A stretch of DNA of 64,000 nucleotides from assembly GCA_039818205.1 (NCBI GenBank), contig JBCBUK010000002.1, forward strand, positions 160,001 to 224,000. The letters run 5' to 3'. Shown piece after piece: positions 10,008-23,752 of this stretch. Every line of letters begins with the position of its first letter. Position 1 is the first letter of the stretch. This DNA comes from Verrucomicrobiota bacterium. GTDB taxonomy: Bacteria > Verrucomicrobiota > Verrucomicrobiia > Opitutales > Cerasicoccaceae. Under the pieces are notes generated by a model. That model did no database searches. It worked only from the letters and a program-made list of their open reading frames with translations, and had not been told where the DNA came from. The translations under genes were made by a program, and so were the position numbers.

Positions 10008-11126
10008 ATGGTTGGGAGAAAATGGGTCGTTCGCGGGATGGCGATGATGTCGCTAGCCCTGCTATGCGCCTGTTCGCCCTATCCGGATAGCGGAACCGGG
10101 GTTGCAGATTTGCCGGATAGCTCCCGCTACGAAGGCGAGTTTCTTGACGGCCTGTTTCATGGAAAGGGCAAACTGGTCTGGCGCCACGGCGGTTATTACG
10201 AGGGGACTTTTACCCATGGTTTGATTGAGGGCGATGGCGTCATGATTCTTCCAGAGGGGACCCATAAGGAAGGCCAGTTTAAGAATGGCCAGCTCCACGG
10301 GGTGGGAAAGATTCGCTATGCGGATGGCTCCACCTACGAGGGTTCGTTTGTGGCTGGTAAGTATACGGGTATCGGGATGTATCGTTCCGGGGATGAGTTT
10401 TACCAGGGAGAATGGCTCAACGGTAAAAAGCAGGGCAAGGGCCACTACATCAAAGAAGGCTTTGGCGAATACGTTGGGCAGTTTTATGATGATGAGATTG
10501 CGGGTCGAGGAGTCTTGGAAACCGAAGCCGGTGCCCGGTATGAAGGGCAATTCGATAAAGGCAAGCCGCAGGGGCAAATGGTGATCACGACCCCAGGCGG
10601 CGGGTTGCTCAAAGCCCGTTTTGTATATGGGCAGGCGGTTGGGCCCGGAGAACAACGAATGGAGGATGGATCTGGCTACACCGGTGATTTTGCCGGTGGT
10701 GAGTGGCACGGCAAGGGCGAGCATATCGACTCTCAAGGGAATATTTATCGCGGTGAGTTTCAGCATGGAGCTTATCACGGATACGGAAAAATTCTCTTTA
10801 CGGACGGGCGCGAGTTTCACGGGAGTTTCGAGGCTGGCGATCCCCACGGTAAAGGATCGATTGAATACCCGGATCGGTCGCGCTATGCGGGTGACTTCGA
10901 GAACGGTCTGCCGAACGGAGAGGGCATTTTCGAGTTTCCAAATGGCGACCGCTATGTCGGGGAATTTGAGGATGGTTTGTTCGAGGGAACAGGCACGCTC
11001 GTTTTTGATCCCGATTCTGGGCGTTTACCAATCAGTGGGGTCTGGAGTGATGGCGAATACATCGGGAAACCGTTGGAGCGATCTGAGCAAGCACCAGGTG
11101 AACGGATACGGATTAAGGTAAAGTAG
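10008..11126 (+). CDS. MORN-repeat lipoprotein
   Basis: Lipobox-like LLCAC followed by many YEGEF..G..HGKG repeats of about 23 aa covering nearly the whole protein. Confidence 0.88.
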   Translation: MVGRKWVVRGMAMMSLALLCACSPYPDSGTGVADLPDSSRYEGEFLDGLFHGKGKLVWRHGGYYEGTFTHGLIEGDGVMILPEGTHKEGQFKNGQLHGVGKIRYADGSTYEGSFVAGKYTGIGMYRSGDEFYQGEWLNGKKQGKGHYIKEGFGEYVGQFYDDEIAGRGVLETEAGARYEGQFDKGKPQGQMVITTPGGGLLKARFVYGQAVGPGEQRMEDGSGYTGDFAGGEWHGKGEHIDSQGNIYRGEFQHGAYHGYGKILFTDGREFHGSFEAGDPHGKGSIEYPDRSRYAGDFENGLPNGEGIFEFPNGDRYVGEFEDGLFEGTGTLVFDPDSGRLPISGVWSDGEYIGKPLERSEQAPGERIRIKVK

Positions 11127-11228
11127 TGCAGGGGGGTGATTACCCTGTTTTTACATGGTTATACCAGAATTTACTTGCTCCTTTACACGAATGATGTTCA
11201 CAATCACGTTCGAATCTACTCATACCTC

Positions 11229-11975
11229 ATGTACAGTGTTTTCTCCCCTATACGTATTGCTGTTGTAGCAACTACGGCAGCTGTTTGCATTGCAACCACT
11301 GCCTCAGCGCAAGTCACTGTTTACGAACAGGATTTTTCGACCAATGATGGCGCGACGCTCACGCCCGCTGGTAACTTTGTAAACATTGCTATCGGATCAG
11401 CCGGTGGTAGCGGAACTTTCCAAAACAACTATTCTGCCTTCAATGGTGGTGGTTTAGGGCTCACCATTACCGAAGATGTTGGTGGCTTCCTTTCGATCGT
11501 CGGGACGGCTGACGGATCTTTGAACGGCTCGGAAGCAACCTCTTTTACGGGCCCCAATGGTGGCATCCCGCTTAACGGTCTCATCAGCGGATCCAACTTG
11601 GCAGACTTTACCCTTTCGTTTGATTATTCGGCTTCTAATGGCGTCGCCGTTGGTTTGCGTCCGCGTTTGTCCGCTGGAAGCTTCTCGGCTTCCTTGGTTG
11701 GGCCCACTCAGTTGAGTGCAACTTCATCGGTTCAGACCTTTTCGGCATCTCTCGACACCTGGACTGATCAGGGTACATTTGTGACCACGATCGATGACGG
11801 TAGCCCAGACACTTTCTCGATCCGTCTCGGATCCGCCCAAGGCAACACCATTGGCGGTGGCTGGATAATCGATAACATCAGAATTACCCAAGTTCCGGAG
11901 CCAAGCACCTATGCACTGATTGGTGGTTTGGTTGTCCTGGGAGTTGGTTTTATCTACCGTCGGCGTCAGCGCTAG
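11229..11975 (+). CDS. PEP-CTERM sorting-domain surface protein
   Basis: Signal peptide (ending ASA/Q), Gly/Ser/Thr-rich body, C-terminal VPEPSTYALIGGLVVLGVGFIYRRRQR. Confidence 0.93.
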   Translation: MYSVFSPIRIAVVATTAAVCIATTASAQVTVYEQDFSTNDGATLTPAGNFVNIAIGSAGGSGTFQNNYSAFNGGGLGLTITEDVGGFLSIVGTADGSLNGSEATSFTGPNGGIPLNGLISGSNLADFTLSFDYSASNGVAVGLRPRLSAGSFSASLVGPTQLSATSSVQTFSASLDTWTDQGTFVTTIDDGSPDTFSIRLGSAQGNTIGGGWIIDNIRITQVPEPSTYALIGGLVVLGVGFIYRRRQR

Positions 11976-12000
11976 GGTAGTCTTTTAGTTCATTAATGAG

Positions 12001-12040
12001 TTTTTCCCCGCCTTCCTCTTAGAGGAGGCGGGGATTTTTC
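12001..12040 (+). terminator. Rho-independent terminator after the PEP-CTERM gene
   Basis: TCCCCGCCTTCCTC-TTA-GAGGAGGCGGGGA stem followed by TTTTT. Confidence 0.8.
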
Positions 12041-12108
12041 TTGTCGCTTTGACTTTAGGGACGAGATTGGTATGAACACGGACAGAAACGACCACTATTT
12101 CAATTACC

Positions 12109-13053
12109 ATGGACCAGTCCGTAATTTCGACGCTAACGCGTCTCCGTCAGAATCTTGAATCGGTTATCGTGGGAAAGCCCGGTGCGATGCAGGGCGTAGT
12201 TTTAGCATTGGTCTGTGACGGCCACCTGTTGATTGAGGATCTTCCTGGCGTTGGCAAAACGATCTTGGCGCGTACTTTGGCGAAATCGATTGAGGGAGAT
12301 TTTAAACGCATTCAGTTTACTCCGGATTTGTTGCCTTCGGATGTCACCGGTGTCTCGATATTCAATCGGCAATCGAACGAGTTTGAATTCCGGGCTGGGC
12401 CGATTTTTGGTAATGTGATTTTAGCCGATGAGATCAACCGGGCGACGCCGCGCACCCAATCCAGTTTGCTGGAGGCGATGGAGGAGCGCACGGTTACAGT
12501 TGATGGCGTGACTCATGTGCTACCAAAGCCATTTATTGTCGTGGCGACCCAGAACCCGATTGAGTTGAAGGGAACCTTTGCGTTACCTGAGGCCCAGCTT
12601 GACCGGTTTTTCGGTAAGCTTTCAATTGGTTATCCTTCCGTTGAGGAAGAGGCGCGGGTGATGCAGATGCAGTTGCGGCGTCATCCGGTTGAAGATGTGC
12701 AACCTGTGATCAACGTTGACGATGTGCTAGCGGCACAGGCTGCAGTGCGCGAGATTCACGTTGAGCAGAACATCTTGGAATACATTGCGAGGATTACCGC
12801 TGCGACACGTGAGGATGCCCGCGTGGCCGTTGGCGCGAGCCCTCGGGGGTCGCTTGCCTTGGTCCGCGCTAGCCAGGCTCAGAGCCTGTTTAAGGGGCAT
12901 GACTACGTAACTCCGGATACCGTTCAAGAGGTTGCGAGCTTTGTCTTGGCCCACCGCATGATGCTGAAGACAAAATCAGTCGTCAATGTTGAGTCCGCTT
13001 CGACGGTTCTTCACTCGATTCTCCACCAGGTTGAGGTTCCCATCACCCAATAG
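12109..13053 (+). CDS. MoxR family AAA+ ATPase
   Basis: [54 protein letters not shown] and LPEAQLDRF. Confidence 0.95.
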   Translation: MDQSVISTLTRLRQNLESVIVGKPGAMQGVVLALVCDGHLLIEDLPGVGKTILARTLAKSIEGDFKRIQFTPDLLPSDVTGVSIFNRQSNEFEFRAGPIFGNVILADEINRATPRTQSSLLEAMEERTVTVDGVTHVLPKPFIVVATQNPIELKGTFALPEAQLDRFFGKLSIGYPSVEEEARVMQMQLRRHPVEDVQPVINVDDVLAAQAAVREIHVEQNILEYIARITAATREDARVAVGASPRGSLALVRASQAQSLFKGHDYVTPDTVQEVASFVLAHRMMLKTKSVVNVESASTVLHSILHQVEVPITQ

Positions 13054-13059
13054 ATTGGC

Positions 13060-14327
13060 ATGAATTTCAGCGAACAGAAGCGTCAGCGTTTGAGTCGCTC
13101 ACTGACTCTGTTGGCTTGCGGCATGTTGATTTTTCTGGGCTGGAACGCGGGAAGTCCAGCGGTCTTGCTGGCGGGATTGTTTATTCCATCCTTCGGGTTT
13201 CTCTGTGCCATGGTGGTGATGAAGCAGCGTGATCTGCTTACGGTGAAACGGGCATGTGTCGATGGTGCTTGTGAAGGCGAACGGGTTGACATCGTGTTAA
13301 CCGTGACCAACCCCCATTGGTTTCCCGTGTTTCGGATGGTGGTTCACGATCGCTTTGAGCCAGACCTTGAGTCGGACAAGCTTTTCTCATTAACGGGTGT
13401 CCTACCTGCTCGCTCGTCGGTTGATTTTCCCTTCGAGGCAGAGTGTTATCTGGATCGTGGAGAATATACGCTTGGCCCGGTTACGTTGCGGATATCGGAC
13501 CCCTTGGGTTTGTTCATCTTTAATCGCACGATTGATCTACCGCAAACTTTCTGGGTGTATCCTGAAGTCGTCGGGATGCCGCCTCCTCCGCCGGCGGAGG
13601 GCAGCCCGGATATCGTACCAGAGGGCATGCCAGTTGCCCGGTCGGGAGACAGCGATTTACAATACGGCGTGCGCGAGTATGTTCCCGGGGATCCGTTTCG
13701 GCATATTCATTGGCCGCAGACCGGGAAATGTGGAGAGCTGATGGTGCGAGAATATGAACAGATCACGCCGGCCAATACGTATCTGCTCCTGGACCTGCCG
13801 CTGATCGGGCGAGCAGGAACTGGCAAGTTTTCAACCGAAGAGTACGGGGTGCAACTGGTAGCGAGTATCGCGGCACAGATGCTTCATGGTGGCCAGCCGG
13901 TTGGAGTATTGGTAAACGCGATGCCGGCGGTTTTTGTCGAGCTTGACTACGGGCATCAACACTTGATCGGAGTCCTGGGTTCGCTAATTCCGGTTCGAGA
14001 GAAAAGCACTCGAAGTATCACGGACGAGCTTAATGAGCATCCCGAGGTGGCCCGTGAGGGGTCAACGTTTTGGCTCATTTTGAGTCGGGTCAATTTTTCA
14101 ATCGACTACCTTGAATCGATCACAAATCAGTTTGCATGGAAGGCGTGTCGGATATTCCTGATCATTATTGATGACGAAGGCATGGTTGCTTACGAGTCTT
14201 CGCCAGAACAGCGCTCGATCCGGCCGGATCGTGATACTCTCGCGGCGGAGATCGGAAATCGTGTCGATGGTGTTTGGTGGGTGGATATTACCCGGGGTGT
14301 CAAACAGTCGATGAAATCGGGACCGCT

Positions 14328-14331
<4 letters not shown>
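13060..14331 (+). CDS. DUF58 family membrane-anchored protein
   Basis: Two N-terminal TM segments; RGEYTLGP..L..SDPLGLF and VREYVPGDPFRHIHW..T.K.GELMVREYE. Confidence 0.88.
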
Positions 14332-17454
<3,123 letters not shown>

Positions 17455-17469
17455 GGAAGCTCAATTCGC

Positions 17470-20400
17470 TTAGTCTGTGTCCACGATCTTGATTTTGACT
17501 TCCGAGCTGTTTCCGCGAATCTCCGGAACATACATCGCCTCGGCGAGCGTAGGGAGCGCGCTGAATTGGCCAGGTGCTTCTGCTCTTAGTTCATAGCTGA
17601 TTTCCCATGTGCCTTGCGGTAGGCTGTCGATGAAACAGGCGATCTGGCGATCACGCAGTTCTTGGTAAACCCACTGCCGGCGACCCGTGTAGCGATCTTT
17701 GCTGTCGAGCGCTCCGATGCGCACTTCTCGGGCGTAAATTGGTGCTCCGCTTTGCAAGGCAACTGCTTCAAGTCCTGCGGGTTTCAAGTCCTCAATCAGC
17801 ACATATTCCAGGTTGTTTTTCGCCTCAATCGTAACCGTTGCTTGAATGCGGTCGCCGGGATTGACCGTGTCGCCACTGTTAAGTCGAACCGAGCGTGAAC
17901 GAAATCCGTCCAGCAAGGTTTTGACTGGATAGACACGATCATAGCTTCGCTTCACAAAGAGTTCATTGCCAGCGGCAGTTACCGGATCCTCCGTTGAGAA
18001 GAAGGAAAAATGAGCGGAAAAATATAGATCACTATCTCCTGCTTTGCGTTGCAAAGTGAATGTATTTTTTCCCTCGTCTAATTTTTCGACTGGGATGTTG
18101 ATGGCTGCCGGGGAGCTTATGACGGTTTCCGGTGTTACTGATATTTCGCCGATCGATTCCCCGTTGAGTACTGCTGTGTAGGTGCCTCCAGCGTCGAGCT
18201 CACCACTTTTTGTTAGCCATTCATTGAGCGCTAGAACAACGATAGCCGTGTCTCGGGTATTGCTCCACTGGCCGCCACGGCGATTCTTAACGAGCCAGTT
18301 CATTGTAGGTTCGACCAATTTGCTGTCGGGTTTGATCTCCACCAGCGCCATCAGCACGAATGCAGTGGCTTCAACACCTCCTTTGGACCAGCGCCAGAAA
18401 ATGCCATCCTCACCCCAGTGAGCGGTTGCTAAGGAGGCCCCACCGTCAGGTTGGGCCTCGCCATCGTCTAATAACGCGGAAGCCTGCGGGTTACCATCAA
18501 CCTTAGCTCCATTCTCAAGGTTCTCCGCCAGGATAGTTGCCTCTTCCTTGAATCCGAGCCAGTGTGCGCTCAGCGCAGTCAATGCACGGGAGTAGGCGTT
18601 TAACTGCTCACGGTTTTTCCAAAGATTCGCGAAGGCGCGTGCTTCGAAGCGATTGGGCTTTGGGTTGGTGTCTCCCTTCCGGGCCGAAGCGAGTGCGTGC
18701 ATCAACCACGCTTGCATATCCAACCGATCTTCGAAGTTCACAAGTTCTTCGCCCAGGTAGTCCCGCGCTTGGTTAATGATCTTAGAGTCGATCTCTTGGC
18801 CGGACTGCTGAGCCAAGGTTAATCCCCAAGTCACGTATGCGGACATGAACGGATCGGTTTCGCCGGTTTTCCACCAGCCCCATCCTCCGTTCGGATGCTG
18901 AAAATCTGTTAGCCGCTTGAGCCCAGCGGCGACCATCGAATCCAACTCATCAAGCTGACCATCATTCTTCTTGCGATTCTGGTTTTGCTCGACAATTCCT
19001 GTCGGGGTTGATGCTTCGATTCCGCCGAATGACTCGTTCATGACCGCGGTTGGATCGAGACCCAGCCCATTGAGTGTGTTGGCGACGACCACGGCCGGAA
19101 GGAAGCGGCTCATCGTTTGCTCCGTGCAGCCGTATGGATACTGAGCCAAGTAGGGAAGGGCATCCAGCATGGTTACGGCAATACTCGGGGTGAGATAGAG
19201 TTTCATCTCAGCGCCTTGTTTGCGAAATGCCGGAACGTTCAAGGCAAAACTGAGTTCGTCGGTTTTCATCTTTCCAGACTGGGCGAGAAATTTTTCGATA
19301 CCTCGTTCAAATGCCGGAATTGTCAGTTGCATAGCATCGGCTGTGTTGTTCGATTTCCCAACGAGCTTGATCACAGAATCGCCGGGTTTGTCGACGCTTA
19401 CGGTCCAGTTGATGCGTTTGCTGCTTTGTGGTGGAATTGAGATGCTTTGTGTTGCAGAGTCAATGAGGGTTAGACCGCCATCGATTTCTATTGAGCCCTC
19501 AACGGCCAACTCCGATTCAGTGTTGTTAGTGAAAACGCCCGATAGCGTGACGGTGTCGGTGGTGACGAAAAAGCGCGGGGTTTGTAACCGTGCGATTAGC
19601 GGCAGGCGAGTCTTGGCCTCGGCTGTGCCTTCGCCAAACTTAGCGGTCAAGCCGACTGCGGTGGCATCCATTTCCCAGGTCGTTAGGCTATCTGGGAATG
19701 TGACCTCGACTACGGCTTCTCCGGCGTCGTTCGTGATAATTGCCGGTTTCCAAAGAGCGGTGGCGCGGAAGTCCTGCCGGACAACGACAACCGGCGCTTG
19801 AGTTTGGCCACCCTGCTCGGCCAATTCCATGAGCCCGCCCGCTGGAGGTCCCGCAAATGGGTCGCCTGCAACTTTGCCCATTGCCGCGACTGGTGAGGGC
19901 GATTGTGATCTGCTCATTGCAAAGGCGTCCAATTGAAATGATCTTTCCCCCCGGTTTTCACGCATTGGGGCAGAGGCCTGGCGCTCGATCGCCTCGGTGG
20001 GATCGATGACGCGAAATCCACGCGTTTGAAATGAGGTCGTCGTGTGCACCGCCTGGTAGCGTTTCTCGCCGTAGAAAAATTCTCGAGGATCGGGAGCGAG
20101 TGACGGCTGAATCGCAAGAACCGATTGATCGAACACCGAGAGAGAGACCTCAGCGGGCAGCGGCTTGCCATCGACGTCGGTCGTTTTGATGGTGATGCTC
20201 CCAGTTTCTTGAGGTTCATAATTGTTAGCGTTTGGCTCGATGCTTACGTCGATAAATTCCTTTTCGGGTGGGATAACAATTTCCTTTCGATCCTGATGCG
20301 GCCTCAGGTCAAAATTCGCGTCGGCTTGCAGCCAGACGTTTGGGATCCACTCATCGGTCACGGCGTTTTGGATCAGCTTTACGTTGCCCTCAAGATATAG

Positions 20401-23352
20401 CACCTGCGCATGAAGAACCTTTCCGTTGTCAACCGAGTACAGGACCCAGCGTCCCGGCTGATCGGACGTTAGCATCACGGGAGCCTGTTGTCCTGCCCGG
20501 AACGCTTCCTCGTCGGTAATGATCTCCAGGGGGCCGTGATAGCCGATGTCGACGGAAGATGTGTCCGCCACCCATACGGCAGCATCTCTCCTGATTGGCG
20601 GATTGTTTTCGGGCCGGCTTACCCAGTAGACCCGATAGTATCCTGCCTGATTGACATCAAAACTGAAAGTCGCTTCGCCATTGGCGTTCGTTTTGAGCGT
20701 CGTATCGGTAATGTCTTCAGCAACAAACTTCCCACTTATCCGGGTCCATTCCGTTGGATCCAACTCGCTGGAAAAGAGACCGCTGCTGTGTTGGCGTTTT
20801 CGAAATTCTTTCCCGCTTAGTTGTTTGCCGTCCGGTCCTCGCCAGACCTCCTTCCACTCTTCGCGAACGAGCCAGATCTTTCCTTCAACCGAAACGGCAA
20901 TCTCGTTGGCGTTGACCGTTTTTATGTTGAGCACGGCTTTTTCTCCTGGCCGATAAAGGCGTCGTTCAGGATTGAGGTAGACGAAATAGGGTTCGCGCGT
21001 GACCTTGACTGTTGTGCTTCCCGCCACTTCGCGTCGAGATTCATCAGTCACGCGTGCTTCGATTGTGAACTGTTGGTCTTCGCGTTCATTCGCATTGGTA
21101 TCGAGAGAAAAACTCACCCGACCCTTTGCATCAGTTTTCATCGTCTCCTGTTTGATTACCCGTCCGTAACCGCCATGAAAACGGGTTGATTGATGGCGAT
21201 AAAGCCAAGGATAGCGCGTTGGTCGGTGCCAGTAATGATAGTATGGGCTTTGGCGAACGATGATCGTAACGTCGGCGTTGGCGACCGCGCCACCAAAGTA
21301 ATAGTCTGCCTGAATCTCGATATCCACGGAGTCACCGAGCTGATAAACCTGGTTCGCTTTACCATCGGAGCTTTCGGCACTAACGGATACCTTGTACTCT
21401 GGAAGCTTGTACTCTTCGAGTCGGAATAACTGGGCCGCACCAATGCTTCTCCCTGTTTTACTTTTACGAAATTCGATCGTGTACATACCGAGTGCCCAAT
21501 CGGGCTTTGCGGTCAGGTCGCCCCAGATACTTCCGAAATCATTAAGGGTCATCGTGCCCTCGGCGACATCGACGCCTCGGGGTCCGTAGATACGGTAGTA
21601 GACATCGACTCCGGCCGGGTTGCTCCAAGTGCTTTGGTCGATCCGTGTCCGAGCGGTGGCTTTCCAATGGATCGTGTCCTCGGGCCGGTAAGCTGGTCGA
21701 TCGGTCGACGCATAAACTCTCCACTGGTCGGCGAAGTTTGAGTGGTTCCAATAAAAGTTGTTCTGTTGGCTGATGACTGGCTGGCCGTCTGCGTACGCTA
21801 ATATCGCATGAGTGGGGTAGTTGGACAGATCGGTGTTGTCGGCTAAGTTGAGTCCATCTGAGGTAAAGCGAACGAGCCCGTCTTCACCGGAAACTGCCGT
21901 GTCAGGGATCCACTGAAGCGTTCGTTTTCCATTCTGGTTAATATACCGTCCAACCCATACGAGAACATTTGCCTTTTCGGCTGGTTCGCCAGTAATCGCG
22001 TTGGTCACCCATACGAGCAAGGTTTCACGGTCGCGCAGCACCGTCAGCGCATACTCGGTGACGAAAAGAAGTGCCTCCTCGACCTGATCTCCCGCTTTGG
22101 CTCGAACGACATAGGTACCCGCCGCCAATCCCTTGGGTATCTCAATGGTGCTACGCTGCATTCCGTAAGGCACCTTGTCCGATTGTCTGGTTAATGATTC
22201 GATTGGTTTGATGGCACTTAGGTCAAACAAGTGATCGTCTCGTTGATAAAACGGCATCTGCTGATCGCCAGGTTTGAAGACCTTTTCGAGGTCGATTGGA
22301 AATACCTCGACCGAGACCGACTCGAGGTTACGCCAAGAGACATCAAACTGGACGATCGAATCCGGCAGGAAGTTTTGATAGAGATTGAGGTCTAGCGATT
22401 CGTCAGTAATCGACTTGAGTTGATCTTGAGCCTGATTCCAAAACCGGGATTCTCCCTTGTCATATTCATTCAAAAATTGCCGATAAAGTTTTACCGCCAG
22501 TGAATAGTCGGGCTGTTGAACCAGGTTGCCTTGGTCGTTGTAATGGAAACTACCCCTTAGCGCTGCCCACCGTGCGTATTCGAAGAGGGCATCATCCCGC
22601 CATTCCGTGTCCTTTCCTGCGGCAAGTGCGGCTTCATAATACGCCCCGGCATCATGTCGCTCGTCGCGGTAGCTGGTCAAAACCGTTTCCGCGAGCATGT
22701 AGTTAGCAAATGCCTTCTGCTCCGGCGTCTCGGCAAGGTCCAGGGTATTGAAGAGAACCTCACGAGGAAGGTTTGCACCGTAATAGCCATAGCGCCAATA
22801 GGGATCAATCTGTGGGGGCTTCGCGGCTCGAAGAACAATGTCCAAATACTCCTTGCGGGCGATAATCAATTTGGTTGAGCCAGCCCACCAGTTGAGCGCT
22901 TTCTCGTAGTGCGGCCAAGCGAGGTCCCACCGGCGGTTTTGTCGCGGAATCCAATACGAATCACCCAGGGATTCCTGAATCTTGGCCCAAAGAACGGGCG
23001 GACGTGCGCCTTGAGTGTTCTCGATCAGCTTCTCTGCAAGTTTATTGAGCTGTTGGCGAGCGGCATCGAATACCTTGGGATCACTTTGCGAAGTCGAGGC
23101 GAGGTTTCGCCATGTCGCGTCTGCCTGACGATAGATCAGCTCATCCTCGTTAATCCCTTCCGGCAGTTGGCTACCGCTGAGGAGCTCACCATAAATTTTT
23201 GCGGCTGCCGCGTAGTTTTGTTTGTCGAATTCTTTTTGTGCCTGCGTGAAGGACGGATCCGCCGCTTGAGCCGTAGCGCCCGCCAAAAACAGCAGCAAAA
23301 AGAGACACAATCTAGAAAAACCGGGGGTTCGATAGCGCATGATAAGAAGCAT
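17470..23352 (-). CDS. Bacterial alpha-2-macroglobulin family protein (1960 aa)
   Basis: Signal peptide; TDRPAYRP (MG2), EEYKLPEYKV, RQDFRATALW, FPDSLTTW, YPYGCTEQT thioester motif, FSALPTLAEAMYVPE; alternative start 23340. Confidence 0.93.
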   Translation of the reverse strand: MLLIMRYRTPGFSRLCLFLLLFLAGATAQAADPSFTQAQKEFDKQNYAAAAKIYGELLSGSQLPEGINEDELIYRQADATWRNLASTSQSDPKVFDAARQQLNKLAEKLIENTQGARPPVLWAKIQESLGDSYWIPRQNRRWDLAWPHYEKALNWWAGSTKLIIARKEYLDIVLRAAKPPQIDPYWRYGYYGANLPREVLFNTLDLAETPEQKAFANYMLAETVLTSYRDERHDAGAYYEAALAAGKDTEWRDDALFEYARWAALRGSFHYNDQGNLVQQPDYSLAVKLYRQFLNEYDKGESRFWNQAQDQLKSITDESLDLNLYQNFLPDSIVQFDVSWRNLESVSVEVFPIDLEKVFKPGDQQMPFYQRDDHLFDLSAIKPIESLTRQSDKVPYGMQRSTIEIPKGLAAGTYVVRAKAGDQVEEALLFVTEYALTVLRDRETLLVWVTNAITGEPAEKANVLVWVGRYINQNGKRTLQWIPDTAVSGEDGLVRFTSDGLNLADNTDLSNYPTHAILAYADGQPVISQQNNFYWNHSNFADQWRVYASTDRPAYRPEDTIHWKATARTRIDQSTWSNPAGVDVYYRIYGPRGVDVAEGTMTLNDFGSIWGDLTAKPDWALGMYTIEFRKSKTGRSIGAAQLFRLEEYKLPEYKVSVSAESSDGKANQVYQLGDSVDIEIQADYYFGGAVANADVTIIVRQSPYYHYWHRPTRYPWLYRHQSTRFHGGYGRVIKQETMKTDAKGRVSFSLDTNANEREDQQFTIEARVTDESRREVAGSTTVKVTREPYFVYLNPERRLYRPGEKAVLNIKTVNANEIAVSVEGKIWLVREEWKEVWRGPDGKQLSGKEFRKRQHSSGLFSSELDPTEWTRISGKFVAEDITDTTLKTNANGEATFSFDVNQAGYYRVYWVSRPENNPPIRRDAAVWVADTSSVDIGYHGPLEIITDEEAFRAGQQAPVMLTSDQPGRWVLYSVDNGKVLHAQVLYLEGNVKLIQNAVTDEWIPNVWLQADANFDLRPHQDRKEIVIPPEKEFIDVSIEPNANNYEPQETGSITIKTTDVDGKPLPAEVSLSVFDQSVLAIQPSLAPDPREFFYGEKRYQAVHTTTSFQTRGFRVIDPTEAIERQASAPMRENRGERSFQLDAFAMSRSQSPSPVAAMGKVAGDPFAGPPAGGLMELAEQGGQTQAPVVVVRQDFRATALWKPAIITNDAGEAVVEVTFPDSLTTWEMDATAVGLTAKFGEGTAEAKTRLPLIARLQTPRFFVTTDTVTLSGVFTNNTESELAVEGSIEIDGGLTLIDSATQSISIPPQSSKRINWTVSVDKPGDSVIKLVGKSNNTADAMQLTIPAFERGIEKFLAQSGKMKTDELSFALNVPAFRKQGAEMKLYLTPSIAVTMLDALPYLAQYPYGCTEQTMSRFLPAVVVANTLNGLGLDPTAVMNESFGGIEASTPTGIVEQNQNRKKNDGQLDELDSMVAAGLKRLTDFQHPNGGWGWWKTGETDPFMSAYVTWGLTLAQQSGQEIDSKIINQARDYLGEELVNFEDRLDMQAWLMHALASARKGDTNPKPNRFEARAFANLWKNREQLNAYSRALTALSAHWLGFKEEATILAENLENGAKVDGNPQASALLDDGEAQPDGGASLATAHWGEDGIFWRWSKGGVEATAFVLMALVEIKPDSKLVEPTMNWLVKNRRGGQWSNTRDTAIVVLALNEWLTKSGELDAGGTYTAVLNGESIGEISVTPETVISSPAAINIPVEKLDEGKNTFTLQRKAGDSDLYFSAHFSFFSTEDPVTAAGNELFVKRSYDRVYPVKTLLDGFRSRSVRLNSGDTVNPGDRIQATVTIEAKNNLEYVLIEDLKPAGLEAVALQSGAPIYAREVRIGALDSKDRYTGRRQWVYQELRDRQIACFIDSLPQGTWEISYELRAEAPGQFSALPTLAEAMYVPEIRGNSSEVKIKIVDTD

Positions 23353-23429
23353 ATTGATTAATCCTAAACCTTCGACAAATTAATCCCTCAAATTGTTCGT
23401 TTAACATTGTAAAGGTTTTGTCAGCTCTC

Positions 23430-23747
23430 ATGCAGCCTCCACCCGAAGATTTGCAACTAATTGGTAACGTTCTCGCAATCCGCTGGCCCGATGGCTCGGA
23501 GGATTACTTCCCGACGGAATTTCTCCGCAAGTTTAGCCCAAGTGCTGAGAACTTGGGTGAAAAGGATATCTTCGGCACCCAATACGGCGGCAATGGTCCG
23601 ACCGAGTTTCCTGGCGTTACGATCGAAGGCTGGGACTATCAAGGCAACTATGCCGTTCGCTTTGACTTTAGCGATGGCCACCGAACTGGAATCTTCTCCT
23701 GGGAATACCTGATAGGATTGCGGGAAAAGCTATCCTCCGAAAAATAG
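23430..23747 (+). CDS. DUF971 / gamma-butyrobetaine hydroxylase N-terminal-like protein
   Basis: LAIRWPDG, FLRKFSPSAE and GNYAVRFDFSDGHRTGIFSWEYL signature. Confidence 0.88.
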   Translation: MQPPPEDLQLIGNVLAIRWPDGSEDYFPTEFLRKFSPSAENLGEKDIFGTQYGGNGPTEFPGVTIEGWDYQGNYAVRFDFSDGHRTGIFSWEYLIGLREKLSSEK

Positions 23748-23752
23748 TTATA

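Noticed and set aside
10062..10847. Long antisense and alternate-frame ORFs (also 40624-41283, 44638-45285, 54235-54990 and others)
   Set aside because: Shadow ORFs opposite well-supported genes, expected at this GC content; no protein motifs
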